Shown here: piece after piece, positions 19,261 to 25,529 of the stretch
How positions within the stretch are numbered: the first letter of the stretch is position 1
Layout of the letters: each line of letters starts with the position of its first letter
IMG/VR virus record: IMGVR_UViG_3300039796_000001
Location: 1-33,036 of that record
Length of the DNA stretch: 33,036 nucleotides
Origin: a virus
Strand: one strand, 5' to 3'
Notes under the pieces: model-generated
Database searches by the model: none
Told to the model about the DNA's origin: nothing
The model's input: the letters and a program-made list of their open reading frames with translations, nothing else
Made by a program: the position numbers and the translations under genes

Positions 19261-19658
19261 TGAACCAATAACTCATAATTGGTTTTATCCTTATGTTTTA
19301 TAAGCTTTTTATATAAATGTTTCGGATTAAACGTCCAACCAATCTCAACGCCGCTAAAATAACGACACACCTCATTACAGGTGTACCATTTCAATGGCCA
19401 TTCTTTGACCTTTTTCTTTTTTTTAATCCATACTGCAATAAAAGCGCTTAACATCGGTAGTTTTTTAATACTATCTAGGTTTTTACTCACATCATTTGAT
19501 TTCAAAATACGGTAAATAAAACCAAAGGGAGCAATCTCAAACAAAATACAATGGTCACCTTCGTAACATAGTAAAGCACTATGAACTAATTCCTGGCTAA
19601 AACTAAAAACGTTATATTTCCCAATGCCGCGGTTATAAAATAAAAAAACCGCAATCAC
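19245..19658 (-). CDS. Hypothetical protein, possibly a permuted NlpC/P60-type (YiiX-like) cysteine amidase.
   Basis: 137 aa. A His-then-Cys order (VHSALL..ILFEIAPFG ... WYTCNEVCRYF) recalls permuted papain-like amidases. The match is weak. Confidence 0.3.
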   Translation of the reverse strand: MIAVFLFYNRGIGKYNVFSFSQELVHSALLCYEGDHCILFEIAPFGFIYRILKSNDVSKNLDSIKKLPMLSAFIAVWIKKKKKVKEWPLKWYTCNEVCRYFSGVEIGWTFNPKHLYKKLIKHKDKTNYELLVHWRRA

Positions 19659-19843
19659 TGACGATTTCTTAATTTCTTTAAGGTCTCGGCTAATTTCGCT
19701 CTTTTAGCTAATAGTGTATCTTTAGAGTTAGCCGCTTTCTCTAATTTACCTTCCGGTATCTTTTCACCTTTTTTCATATGAAGTGATTTACGTAAAGCAC
19801 CTTTATGTTTAATCGCTTTCTGAATCCATTTTTTAGCCATCAC
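19655..19843 (-). CDS. Small basic protein, DUF3008-like.
   Basis: The pattern HKGALRKSLHMKKGEKIP...LAKRAKLAETLKKL is recalled from the DUF3008 family. Confidence 0.55.
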   Translation of the reverse strand: MMAKKWIQKAIKHKGALRKSLHMKKGEKIPEGKLEKAANSKDTLLAKRAKLAETLKKLRNRQ

Positions 19844-20219
19844 TTAATACCCTTTTAATTTCATCTAACTCTTGCCTCAATAGGAGTAGCTCATGCGCGC
19901 CTACGGCAAATTCTGTGGGGAAACGTCGTTCTAAAATCCAAGCGCGTGATTGCCAGCTTTTTACACCCGCTTTAATATCATCCAATAATTGGATAATGGC
20001 TTCACATTCACACTTTTTTATAGTGCTGGAAAATTCGGCTAATACGGTTTTTTTTCCTTCTTTTAAATCAGAAAGACCTATATTAATCCAATCGGACAAT
20101 GTCCCGCGATTAATGCCGTTTGACTCAGCAGCCAAGGAATAAGGGACTAAATTTGAAATGGCAGCAATAATCTTTTCTGCACGTTCGGAATTAAATTTGG
20201 TAGGGCGACCTACTTTCAT
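19833..20219 (-). CDS. HTH protein of the terminase-small-subunit-like type.
   Basis: It contains GRPTKFNSERAEKIIAAISN...INRGTLSDWI...EFSSTIKK...WQSRAWILERRFPTEF. This GRP...HTH...W.LERR.P pattern is seen in many phage TerS-like proteins. Confidence 0.55.
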   Translation of the reverse strand: MKVGRPTKFNSERAEKIIAAISNLVPYSLAAESNGINRGTLSDWINIGLSDLKEGKKTVLAEFSSTIKKCECEAIIQLLDDIKAGVKSWQSRAWILERRFPTEFAVGAHELLLLRQELDEIKRVLSDG

Positions 20220-20395
20220 CCCCGATTATGATCCACAAAAATAGGTTCTGCATTGCCTAAATAGCGTTTATTAACCAGCGCATAGGCACTTGCTGCTTGG
20301 GATTTCGCTAGCTTGACATAAAGAGATTCAGAGCTCGAAGAATCGGAAGCTGTGGCAGGAAGTGTTGTATTTTCTTTATGAACTTTATTACTCAT
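20216..20395 (-). CDS. Hypothetical 59-aa protein, not in the ORF track.
   Basis: My translation is MSNKVHKENTTLPATASDSSSSESLYVKLAKSQAASAYALVNKRYLGNAEPIFVDHNRG*. The stop overlaps the next ATG as ATGA. No clear SD. Confidence 0.35.
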   Translation of the reverse strand: MSNKVHKENTTLPATASDSSSSESLYVKLAKSQAASAYALVNKRYLGNAEPIFVDHNRG

Positions 20396-20557
20396 TTAAA
20401 AAGAAACAGTTACTATGTAGATAATACTATAGGATAAAAAATAGATATAAACACCTACTTTATATGGTAGGTTTTTTTATGCTGCCATCATTGGGAAAGT
20501 GACGGGATCGTTTGCATGTTTCATGAAAAAATTCAAAATAGAATGCATGATCTCTCC

Positions 20558-20839
20558 TTAAAAGAAATCAAAATAGTCATGTAAAATATCGTAGGCTTCT
20601 TTGATGGTATAAGATGGCTCTTTGGAATAACCTACGTCAGCCATTAGGTTTAACCAATTCTTTTGCTCCTGGGTTAAATTAATTTTTTTACTTTTTAAAA
20701 AAATGAGCTCATAGGTGGTATAACGTGTTTGGCATTTAACGCATTTGTGTCGACGAATATGTGAGCGGCCATCCAATCCTGATCTAGAATCACTTATACG
20801 TGTCTTTGGATAATTACAGTCAGAATTAATACAACGCAT
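20558..20839 (-). CDS. NrdR-like zinc-ribbon protein lacking an ATP-cone.
   Basis: MRCINSDCNYPKTRISDSRSGLDGRSHIRRHKCVKCQTRYTTYE matches the NrdR N-terminal pattern C..C....V.DSR......RRR..C..C..RFTT.E. At 93 aa it is too short to hold an ATP-cone. Confidence 0.6.
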   Translation of the reverse strand: MRCINSDCNYPKTRISDSRSGLDGRSHIRRHKCVKCQTRYTTYELIFLKSKKINLTQEQKNWLNLMADVGYSKEPSYTIKEAYDILHDYFDFF

Positions 20840-21202
20840 CTATTTCTCCGGTATCACTGTGAAATCTCGGTATTCAAAATATCCTTTTTTATCAGCCCTA
20901 ATTTTCTCGTAATGCGGTAATGATAGATTAGCAATTCTTGTTAACCTTTCCATTACCCAATCTATAGTTGCTTCGGCGGAACAAATTGAATTCTTTTGAA
21001 GAGATTTTAGATAGGCTTGTCCTGCTGGTTTTTTTAAAAGACTGCTCGCCATTTTAGAAACATGTTTAGGAGCAAAACCCGCATCGATTGCAGCTTGGGA
21101 AGGATTCATCTGCCCAGTCGTTTTCATTTGCTCGATGATATTATTGTAGAAATTGAATTGTTTTGGAGTAAGACCGTTAGGTAATCGAGGTTCATTCGCC
21201 AT
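20840..21202 (-). CDS. terS: Terminase small subunit, Terminase_2-type.
   Basis: LTPKQFNFYNNII...NPSQAAIDAGFAPKHVSKMASSLLKKPAGQAYL matches the LT.KQ..F...Y...N...AA..AGYS...A...AS.LL pattern. Confidence 0.65.
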   Translation of the reverse strand: MANEPRLPNGLTPKQFNFYNNIIEQMKTTGQMNPSQAAIDAGFAPKHVSKMASSLLKKPAGQAYLKSLQKNSICSAEATIDWVMERLTRIANLSLPHYEKIRADKKGYFEYRDFTVIPEK

Positions 21203-21210
21203 AAAAAGGC

Positions 21211-21438
21211 TTACCTATTATTATCTATAGGTATTTTACGAGGCGGCCGGCCTCTTCTTTTTATAGGCTTAGGTTCTTGTACAGTAGAAAGAATGGATTT
21301 ATCGTTTATTTTGTCATCGTTTTCAGATGCTTTTGTGATAAATCCAATACCATTGCAAGACGGACATTCTTTTTGAATAAATCCCAAAGGTGAGACCTTC
21401 TTTTTGCCATTACATGTAGTACATCGTAGAAAAGCCAA
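21211..21438 (-). CDS. DnaJ-type zinc-finger protein with a C-terminal AT-hook.
   Basis: CTTCNGKK and CPSCNGIG (CxxCxGxG) sit at the N-terminus. The C-terminus carries KRRGRPPRK, an RGRP AT-hook core. Confidence 0.55.
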   Translation of the reverse strand: MAFLRCTTCNGKKKVSPLGFIQKECPSCNGIGFITKASENDDKINDKSILSTVQEPKPIKRRGRPPRKIPIDNNR

Positions 21439-21446
21439 CGTATCAC

Positions 21447-21701
21447 CTATTTGCGCTTAGTATATTTTCTCTTTTCACGCATAGGTTCATGTGATTTAAC
21501 ACCTTCGCCTACTCTTCGCGCAGTATGTGGTTTAGCTGCTAGTTCGCCACCAGTAATCTGGCCTAGGTTTCTTTTCGTCTCAACAATTGCTTTGTTATGC
21601 TCATTTGCCATCGTGGCATGAGTTTTAGATAAGTCATTGTGATGTTTAGCCATTCTTTTGTGATGACTCATTTTTTCGTGATGTTCCTTTTTATGACGCA
21701 T
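21447..21701 (-). CDS. His/Lys-rich basic hypothetical protein.
   Basis: 84 aa, from the ORF track, co-oriented in the operon. Confidence 0.45.
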   Translation of the reverse strand: MRHKKEHHEKMSHHKRMAKHHNDLSKTHATMANEHNKAIVETKRNLGQITGGELAAKPHTARRVGEGVKSHEPMREKRKYTKRK

Positions 21702-21730
21702 AGCAGTTCCTTGCAGTGTTAAATTAAATA

Positions 21731-21926
21731 GTTACTTTTTTAAGAGACGATTGGCTTTAGCTTTTATTTTTTCGGCAGAAGAGGCAGACAATTTCCCTTT
21801 CTTAACCATTTGAGTAGCGCGTGCTTTCGCATTGATCGCGTGCTCTTTTTGGGTATTTTTCTTGTTTAGGTAAACCGAAAACAGATTTTTTCAGTTTCTT
21901 TCGTTTGGCAGTTGTTAGAATAGTCA
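21731..21926 (-). pseudogene. Small basic phage gene interrupted by a +1 frame change at an A5 run.
   Basis: The span is 196 nt, i.e. 3n+1. The 5' frame gives MTILTTAKRKKLKKSVFGLPKQEKYPK.. and stops at 21801-21803. The next frame continues as EHAINAKARATQMVKKGKLSASSAEKIKAKANRLLKK*. The junction is CCAAAAAGAG, which is the T5 run at 21845-21849 on the plus strand. Confidence 0.5.
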
Positions 21927-21969
21927 TCCTTGACTTACATCCTTGTGTCCGAATTACGTATATATCATA

Positions 21970-22350
21970 TCATATCCGATAATTCAATATCGAAATGGGT
22001 TTATATTGATTATCAAGGTAAGATAAAAGCAAATCAATTGATTCTTCGACACTTCTTGTTACTTCTGCGGCATAACCATTTTGTCGCATTTTGATTAACC
22101 AATTTTCTTGTTCGGGTTTTAAAGTTCCGGTTTCTGTTTTCAATTCTAGCCAGAGTCCAGGATAGTTTTTTGTTAGTGCCGGTAAAAACAAATCGCTAAC
22201 GCCTTTTCTTACACCCATTAATTTTAGTTCTCTCGCCTCAATAGGATGTCTGTAACCACCATTAGGAATATGTAAGAGCAGTTCTTTCATGACAGGATGA
22301 GTGAAAGCATTTCGCACAACCATTTTATGGATGTATTTTTCACATAGCAT
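21970..22350 (-). CDS. VRR-NUC domain nuclease.
   Basis: 126 aa. GVSDLFLP...GLWLELKTETGTLKPEQENW fits the VRR-NUC D...E.K signature. Confidence 0.65.
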   Translation of the reverse strand: MLCEKYIHKMVVRNAFTHPVMKELLLHIPNGGYRHPIEARELKLMGVRKGVSDLFLPALTKNYPGLWLELKTETGTLKPEQENWLIKMRQNGYAAEVTRSVEESIDLLLSYLDNQYKPISILNYRI

Positions 22351-22351
22351 A

Positions 22352-22570
22352 TCAATCCTTTTTGCTATCTAGCCTCGCGTTACTAATGATTCGATTTATG
22401 TGGAGCTCCGTTGATGCCAAAGCAATACTGATTTCATATGGCAAGCGACCTGACCTTTTCAAATAAAACATATAAGGATAACAGCCTATTTTACTTTGAA
22501 TGATCCTCTTTAAGATTCTATAGGCTATTTCTGTGCATTTAGCCTGCAATCTTTTTACCGCTCCCGACAT
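22352..22570 (-). CDS. Small protein with a possible HTH.
   Basis: 72 aa. LPYEISIALASTELHINRIISNAR resembles a helix-turn-helix. It has its own ATG with AAGGA upstream. Confidence 0.4.
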   Translation of the reverse strand: MSGAVKRLQAKCTEIAYRILKRIIQSKIGCYPYMFYLKRSGRLPYEISIALASTELHINRIISNARLDSKKD

Positions 22571-22794
22571 CGTCTTATTTCCTTTCTAATAGTTCCTCTC
22601 ATAATAGCGGCATGAATCATCAGAATGAATCTAATTTCATGAAGTTCATAGCCTTTATTTTTTAAATAAAGTTTGTGACAAGCCTTAATGAGGTCATTAA
22701 TAGGCTTAAAATGATAGAGAGAAGAGAAAAAGTGTATGCCTGCACGGCATATTTTTTTGTAGGTCAGATCAATCGTAGCAATAGAAGTTTCCAT
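22555..22794 (-). CDS. Hypothetical protein, first gene of the leftward operon.
   Basis: 79 aa, from the ORF track. It lies next to the divergent control region. Confidence 0.4.
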   Translation of the reverse strand: METSIATIDLTYKKICRAGIHFFSSLYHFKPINDLIKACHKLYLKNKGYELHEIRFILMIHAAIMRGTIRKEIRRCRER

Positions 22795-22994
22795 ACTTTA
22801 CTTTCCGCCCGCTTAAAAAAAGTGCGCCATACAAAAGGGAGTAAATATAACGCACAATAAAGCTCCTATCCTACTATTTTAACATATATTTTTTTTATTA
22901 TCGAACGCATAACTTATCAACAATTTCTGTGGGTAACTCTGTTGATAGATACTTAACAATCCACCTAGATGTTGTAGTCATTACCCTAGATATA

Positions 22995-23039
22995 GATCAA
23001 CCCAGATTGATCAAATGTTGATCAAATGTTGATCACACT
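22995..23039. promoter_or_regulatory. GATC-containing palindromic operator-like array.
   Basis: TTGATCAAATG occurs at 23007-23017 and 23018-23028, with TTGATCACAC at 23029-23038 and AGATCAA at 22994-23000. The TTGATCAA core is a perfect palindrome. The last three GATC sites (23009, 23020, 23031) are 11 bp apart. Confidence 0.55.
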
Positions 23040-23062
23040 CTAAAGCTTTCCTGAATTCTTAC

Positions 23063-23071
23063 TGATATAAT
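23063..23071 (+). promoter_or_regulatory. Extended -10 promoter of the PAS-LuxR gene.
   Basis: TGaTATAAT is read directly at 23063-23071 with no good -35. AGGAG lies at 23098-23102 before the ATG at 23111. Confidence 0.45.
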
Positions 23072-23110
23072 GTAAGTTCTCAACACATATAAAAATTAGG
23101 AGTAGTTTTT

Positions 23111-23836
23111 ATGAATCTAAGCGCAGAACAAAAACGAGAAAAACTAATAAAATTTTCCGAACATTTTCCTGTTAATACATTCCCTGGCCTGACTACAATT
23201 ATGTCACCAGAAAATACATATTTTCATTCCTCTAAAACTGTTATTAAAACGATAGGATGTAAAAGTGAAGAAGAAGCGCACGATATTCCATTTAAGGATA
23301 TACCAGCTCATAGCCATACTAATCATGTTCAATGGTCAATAGATAATAAGGCTACGATGGAAAGTAAAAAAGTAATTAGAATTATTAGTTATGGTCATTT
23401 TTCAGATGGATGGAAAGTATATTTAGGACATCAAAAACCCATTATAGATGATGAAAGTGAAGAAGCTATAGGAGTTATTGGTAATTATATAGATATAACT
23501 GAGAACTCATTTTTTGATATAGGACGACTTATCCTAATGGAAAAAAATGGCTTAAAGAGAAAACAATTCCAATATAGAATACAAAGTAACCAAGGGTTTG
23601 AGGGATTATGCAAAAGAGAACAAGAAGTTTTATTTTGGTACTTGCATAATCTAAATTCGCCAGCTATATCAAGAAGATTATCTACTGAGACTAAGCCAAT
23701 CACTCCACAAACTGTTAGATCATACATAAGAAATGCAAAACTAAAGTTAGGAGTTAGCACAAAAGAGCAGCTATTAGAAAAATGTATATCTATAGGGTTT
23801 ATGGCGACCGTACCCGAATCATTATTCATAGACTAG
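23111..23836 (+). CDS. PAS-like sensor domain plus LuxR/GerE-type HTH transcription regulator.
   Basis: The C-terminus LCKREQEVLFWYLHNLNSPAISRRLS...ITPQTVRSYIRNAKLKLGVSTKEQL is a canonical LuxR-type HTH. The N-terminal ~150 aa end in a PAS-like AIGVIGNYIDITE. Confidence 0.8.
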   Translation: MNLSAEQKREKLIKFSEHFPVNTFPGLTTIMSPENTYFHSSKTVIKTIGCKSEEEAHDIPFKDIPAHSHTNHVQWSIDNKATMESKKVIRIISYGHFSDGWKVYLGHQKPIIDDESEEAIGVIGNYIDITENSFFDIGRLILMEKNGLKRKQFQYRIQSNQGFEGLCKREQEVLFWYLHNLNSPAISRRLSTETKPITPQTVRSYIRNAKLKLGVSTKEQLLEKCISIGFMATVPESLFID

Positions 23837-23843
23837 TTAATTA

Positions 23844-24245
23844 TCAATAGGCCATTTTATTTTTAGGATGGTCTATTATATCAAAGTATTTACAAAATAT
23901 ATTGTAAATTACATCCAAATCAAAAGGTTTTATTATGGACTCATTTATTCCTGATATTGTATTTTTATTATGTAATTCATAATTAGCAGTCATAAGTACA
24001 ATAGGTGTTTCACTGTCAGTTTTTCTAAACTCTTCAACAAATTCTACCCCTCCCATAACTGGCATCTTTACGTCGGTAAAAATAAAATCAATTTTTTCTT
24101 TAGTCGATTTAATAAAATCTAATCCCTCTTGACCATTGTTAGCTATAAAACTAGTCATATTTAATCGACCAAAAAAGTCTGTTAATACTCTTTGCTGTAT
24201 CTGGTTATCTTCAATAATTAAAATATTCATTTTTTTTAATTCCAT
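23844..24245 (-). CDS. Stand-alone response-regulator receiver domain (CheY-like).
   Basis: 133 aa. All receiver residues are present: E12-D13, D58 (FTDVKMP), T86 (LMTAN) and K106 (IKPF). There is no output domain. Confidence 0.85.
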   Translation of the reverse strand: MELKKMNILIIEDNQIQQRVLTDFFGRLNMTSFIANNGQEGLDFIKSTKEKIDFIFTDVKMPVMGGVEFVEEFRKTDSETPIVLMTANYELHNKNTISGINESIIKPFDLDVIYNIFCKYFDIIDHPKNKMAY

Positions 24246-24371
24246 TGTTATGTAAATAGGAATTAACTATTTTAATCTTATGGAGTTCATAAAAAAACGA
24301 CCAAACTGTTGTGACCGAAGTGTGGTAAGCCAAACACCTACATAATTCTTGTATGCATATTTATTTTATTC

Positions 24372-24399
24372 TTGTTAATTTATCGATAAATGATAGAAT
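24372..24399 (+). promoter_or_regulatory. Sigma70-like promoter for the candidate small RNA.
   Basis: The -35 is TTGTTA (24372-24377), followed by a 16-nt spacer. The extended -10 is TGaTAGAAT (24391-24399). Confidence 0.45.
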
Positions 24400-24404
24400 T
24401 ATTG

Positions 24405-24475
24405 TTCGCACAGATGCCTATTATGTTGGGTAGAGCGAGCCTAGGCTGAGTACGAAAGTGCTTGGCCTTTTTTGT
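24405..24475 (+). ncRNA. Candidate ~70-nt small RNA of unknown function.
   Basis: A promoter sits just upstream and an intrinsic terminator at the 3' end. No credible ORF or RBS lies between them. Confidence 0.4.
24443..24475 (+). terminator. Intrinsic terminator hairpin with a GAAA loop and U-run.
   Basis: aggctgagtac-GAAA-gtgcttggcct forms an 11 bp stem including G-U pairs. It is followed by tttttgttt. Confidence 0.55.
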
Positions 24476-24509
24476 TTCTGTTATATAATATGTTTAACAA
24501 ATTAAACAT
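24462..24509 (+). promoter_or_regulatory. relBE promoter and palindromic operator.
   Basis: The -35 is TTGGCC (24462-24467), the spacer is 16 nt and the -10 is TATAAT (24484-24489). A perfect inverted repeat ATGTTTAA-caaa-TTAAACAT lies at 24490-24509. Confidence 0.55.
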
Positions 24510-24521
24510 CAGGGGATGAAC

Positions 24522-24728
24522 ATGTTAGGCGTACGTTTAAACAAAGAAATAGAGTCAAGGTTAAACAAACTATGTGAAGAAACAGGACACACTAAAAGTT
24601 ATTACGCAAAGAAAGCGCTGTATGAATTTTTAGAGGATAGAGAAGATTACCTATTGGGTTTAGCTGTATTAGAAAGGAATGAGCCTACTATTAGTCTTGA
24701 AGAATTGAGGAAAGAACTTGGTTTATAA
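24522..24728 (+). CDS. relB: RelB/CopG-type ribbon-helix-helix antitoxin.
   Basis: MLGVRLNKEIESRLNKLCEETGHTKSYYAKKALYEFLEDRED is an RHH pattern. AGGGG lies 6 nt upstream of the ATG at 24522, and the track ATG at 24516 abuts the SD. The gene overlaps the toxin gene. Confidence 0.85.
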   Translation: MLGVRLNKEIESRLNKLCEETGHTKSYYAKKALYEFLEDREDYLLGLAVLERNEPTISLEELRKELGL

Positions 24729-24984
24729 AATTGAATTCTCCGAAAAAGCTAAGAAATCTATAAAAAAACTAGATCGTCAGGTTCAAAAAAAGATATTAGA
24801 TTACATTGATGAAAAAATATGTAAAAACCCTTATCATAAAAGATTGGGTATAAAATTATCTTATGAAAAAGCAGGATTATGGAGATACCGTGTTGGTGAT
24901 TACAGGATAATATGTGAAATAAATGATAAAAAAATTACCATATTGGTCTTAGATGTCGGACACAGAAGGGATATATACAAATAA
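24718..24984 (+). CDS. relE: RelE/ParE-family toxin.
   Basis: 88 aa. KIEFSEKAKKSIKKLDRQVQKKI...WRYRVGDYRIICEINDKKITILVLDVGHRRDIY is the classic RelE/StbE pattern. A TTG start overlaps the end of relB. Confidence 0.85.
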   Translation: MVYKIEFSEKAKKSIKKLDRQVQKKILDYIDEKICKNPYHKRLGIKLSYEKAGLWRYRVGDYRIICEINDKKITILVLDVGHRRDIYK

Positions 24985-25114
24985 GGGCATAGTTTAAGGC
25001 TACGCCCTACTTGTATATTCAAACACTATATGAATAAAATAGTATGAACAAACCATTATAACATACTTTATTATGTTTGTGGCCGAATTCGGTTAAGTAG
25101 TTGACCGAATCGGT

Positions 25115-25528
25115 TTAGAAAGGTATCTGATCATCAAAAGTTTCGTCTTCTTCTATTGCTTTAGGGTTAACAGGTGCGAAGGGTTTATCAGTTCCTCCGC
25201 CTAGCATCTGAAGGTCACTAGCCAGTATCTCAGTGCTCGTTTTTTCATGCCCTGTCTTATCCGTGTACTTCCTGGTCTGTATCTTCCCCTCTATATACAC
25301 CTTAGCGCCCTTTTTAAGGTACTGTACGGCTATCTCGGCTAACCTTTGGAAGAGGACTATCCTATGCCATTCAGTCTTCTCATGCTTAGCGCCCGTCGCC
25401 TTATCCTTCCAGTTCTCCGAAGTTGCTACGCTAATAGAACTCATCGCAACACCATTAGGCGTATGACGTAGCTCGGGGTCGTTTCCTAAGTTCCCTATAA
25501 TGATTACCTTGTTAATTCCTTTTGACAT
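25115..25528 (-). CDS. ssb: Single-stranded DNA-binding protein.
   Basis: [21 protein letters not shown]...TEWHRIVLF is an OB fold. The acidic tip DDQIPF is typical of proteobacterial SSB. Confidence 0.9.
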   Translation of the reverse strand: MSKGINKVIIIGNLGNDPELRHTPNGVAMSSISVATSENWKDKATGAKHEKTEWHRIVLFQRLAEIAVQYLKKGAKVYIEGKIQTRKYTDKTGHEKTSTEILASDLQMLGGGTDKPFAPVNPKAIEEDETFDDQIPF

Positions 25529-25529
25529 G

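Noticed and set aside
22352-22794. The two small ORFs overlapping by 16 nt in the -1 frame as a frameshift-split sigma/HTH protein.
   Set aside because: The downstream ORF has its own ATG with AAGGA upstream. There is no slippery heptamer or homopolymer at the overlap, and I could not recognise sigma region 2 motifs in the upstream ORF.
23007-23039. Tandem repeats as a mini CRISPR array or satellite.
   Set aside because: The units are 11 bp, contiguous with no spacers, and there are only three copies. They are palindromic and sit in a promoter region, so they were classified as operator-like.
24281-24436. Micro-ORFs (19 aa from 24281, 26 aa from 24354) as peptide genes explaining the orphan terminator.
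   Set aside because: No SD precedes either ATG. The second would start upstream of the mapped promoter's -10 element.
25081-25114. The short palindromes ccgaattcgg and accgaatcggt after ssb as a terminator.
   Set aside because: The stems are short with essentially no loop, and there is no U-run on the minus strand. They are too weak to call.
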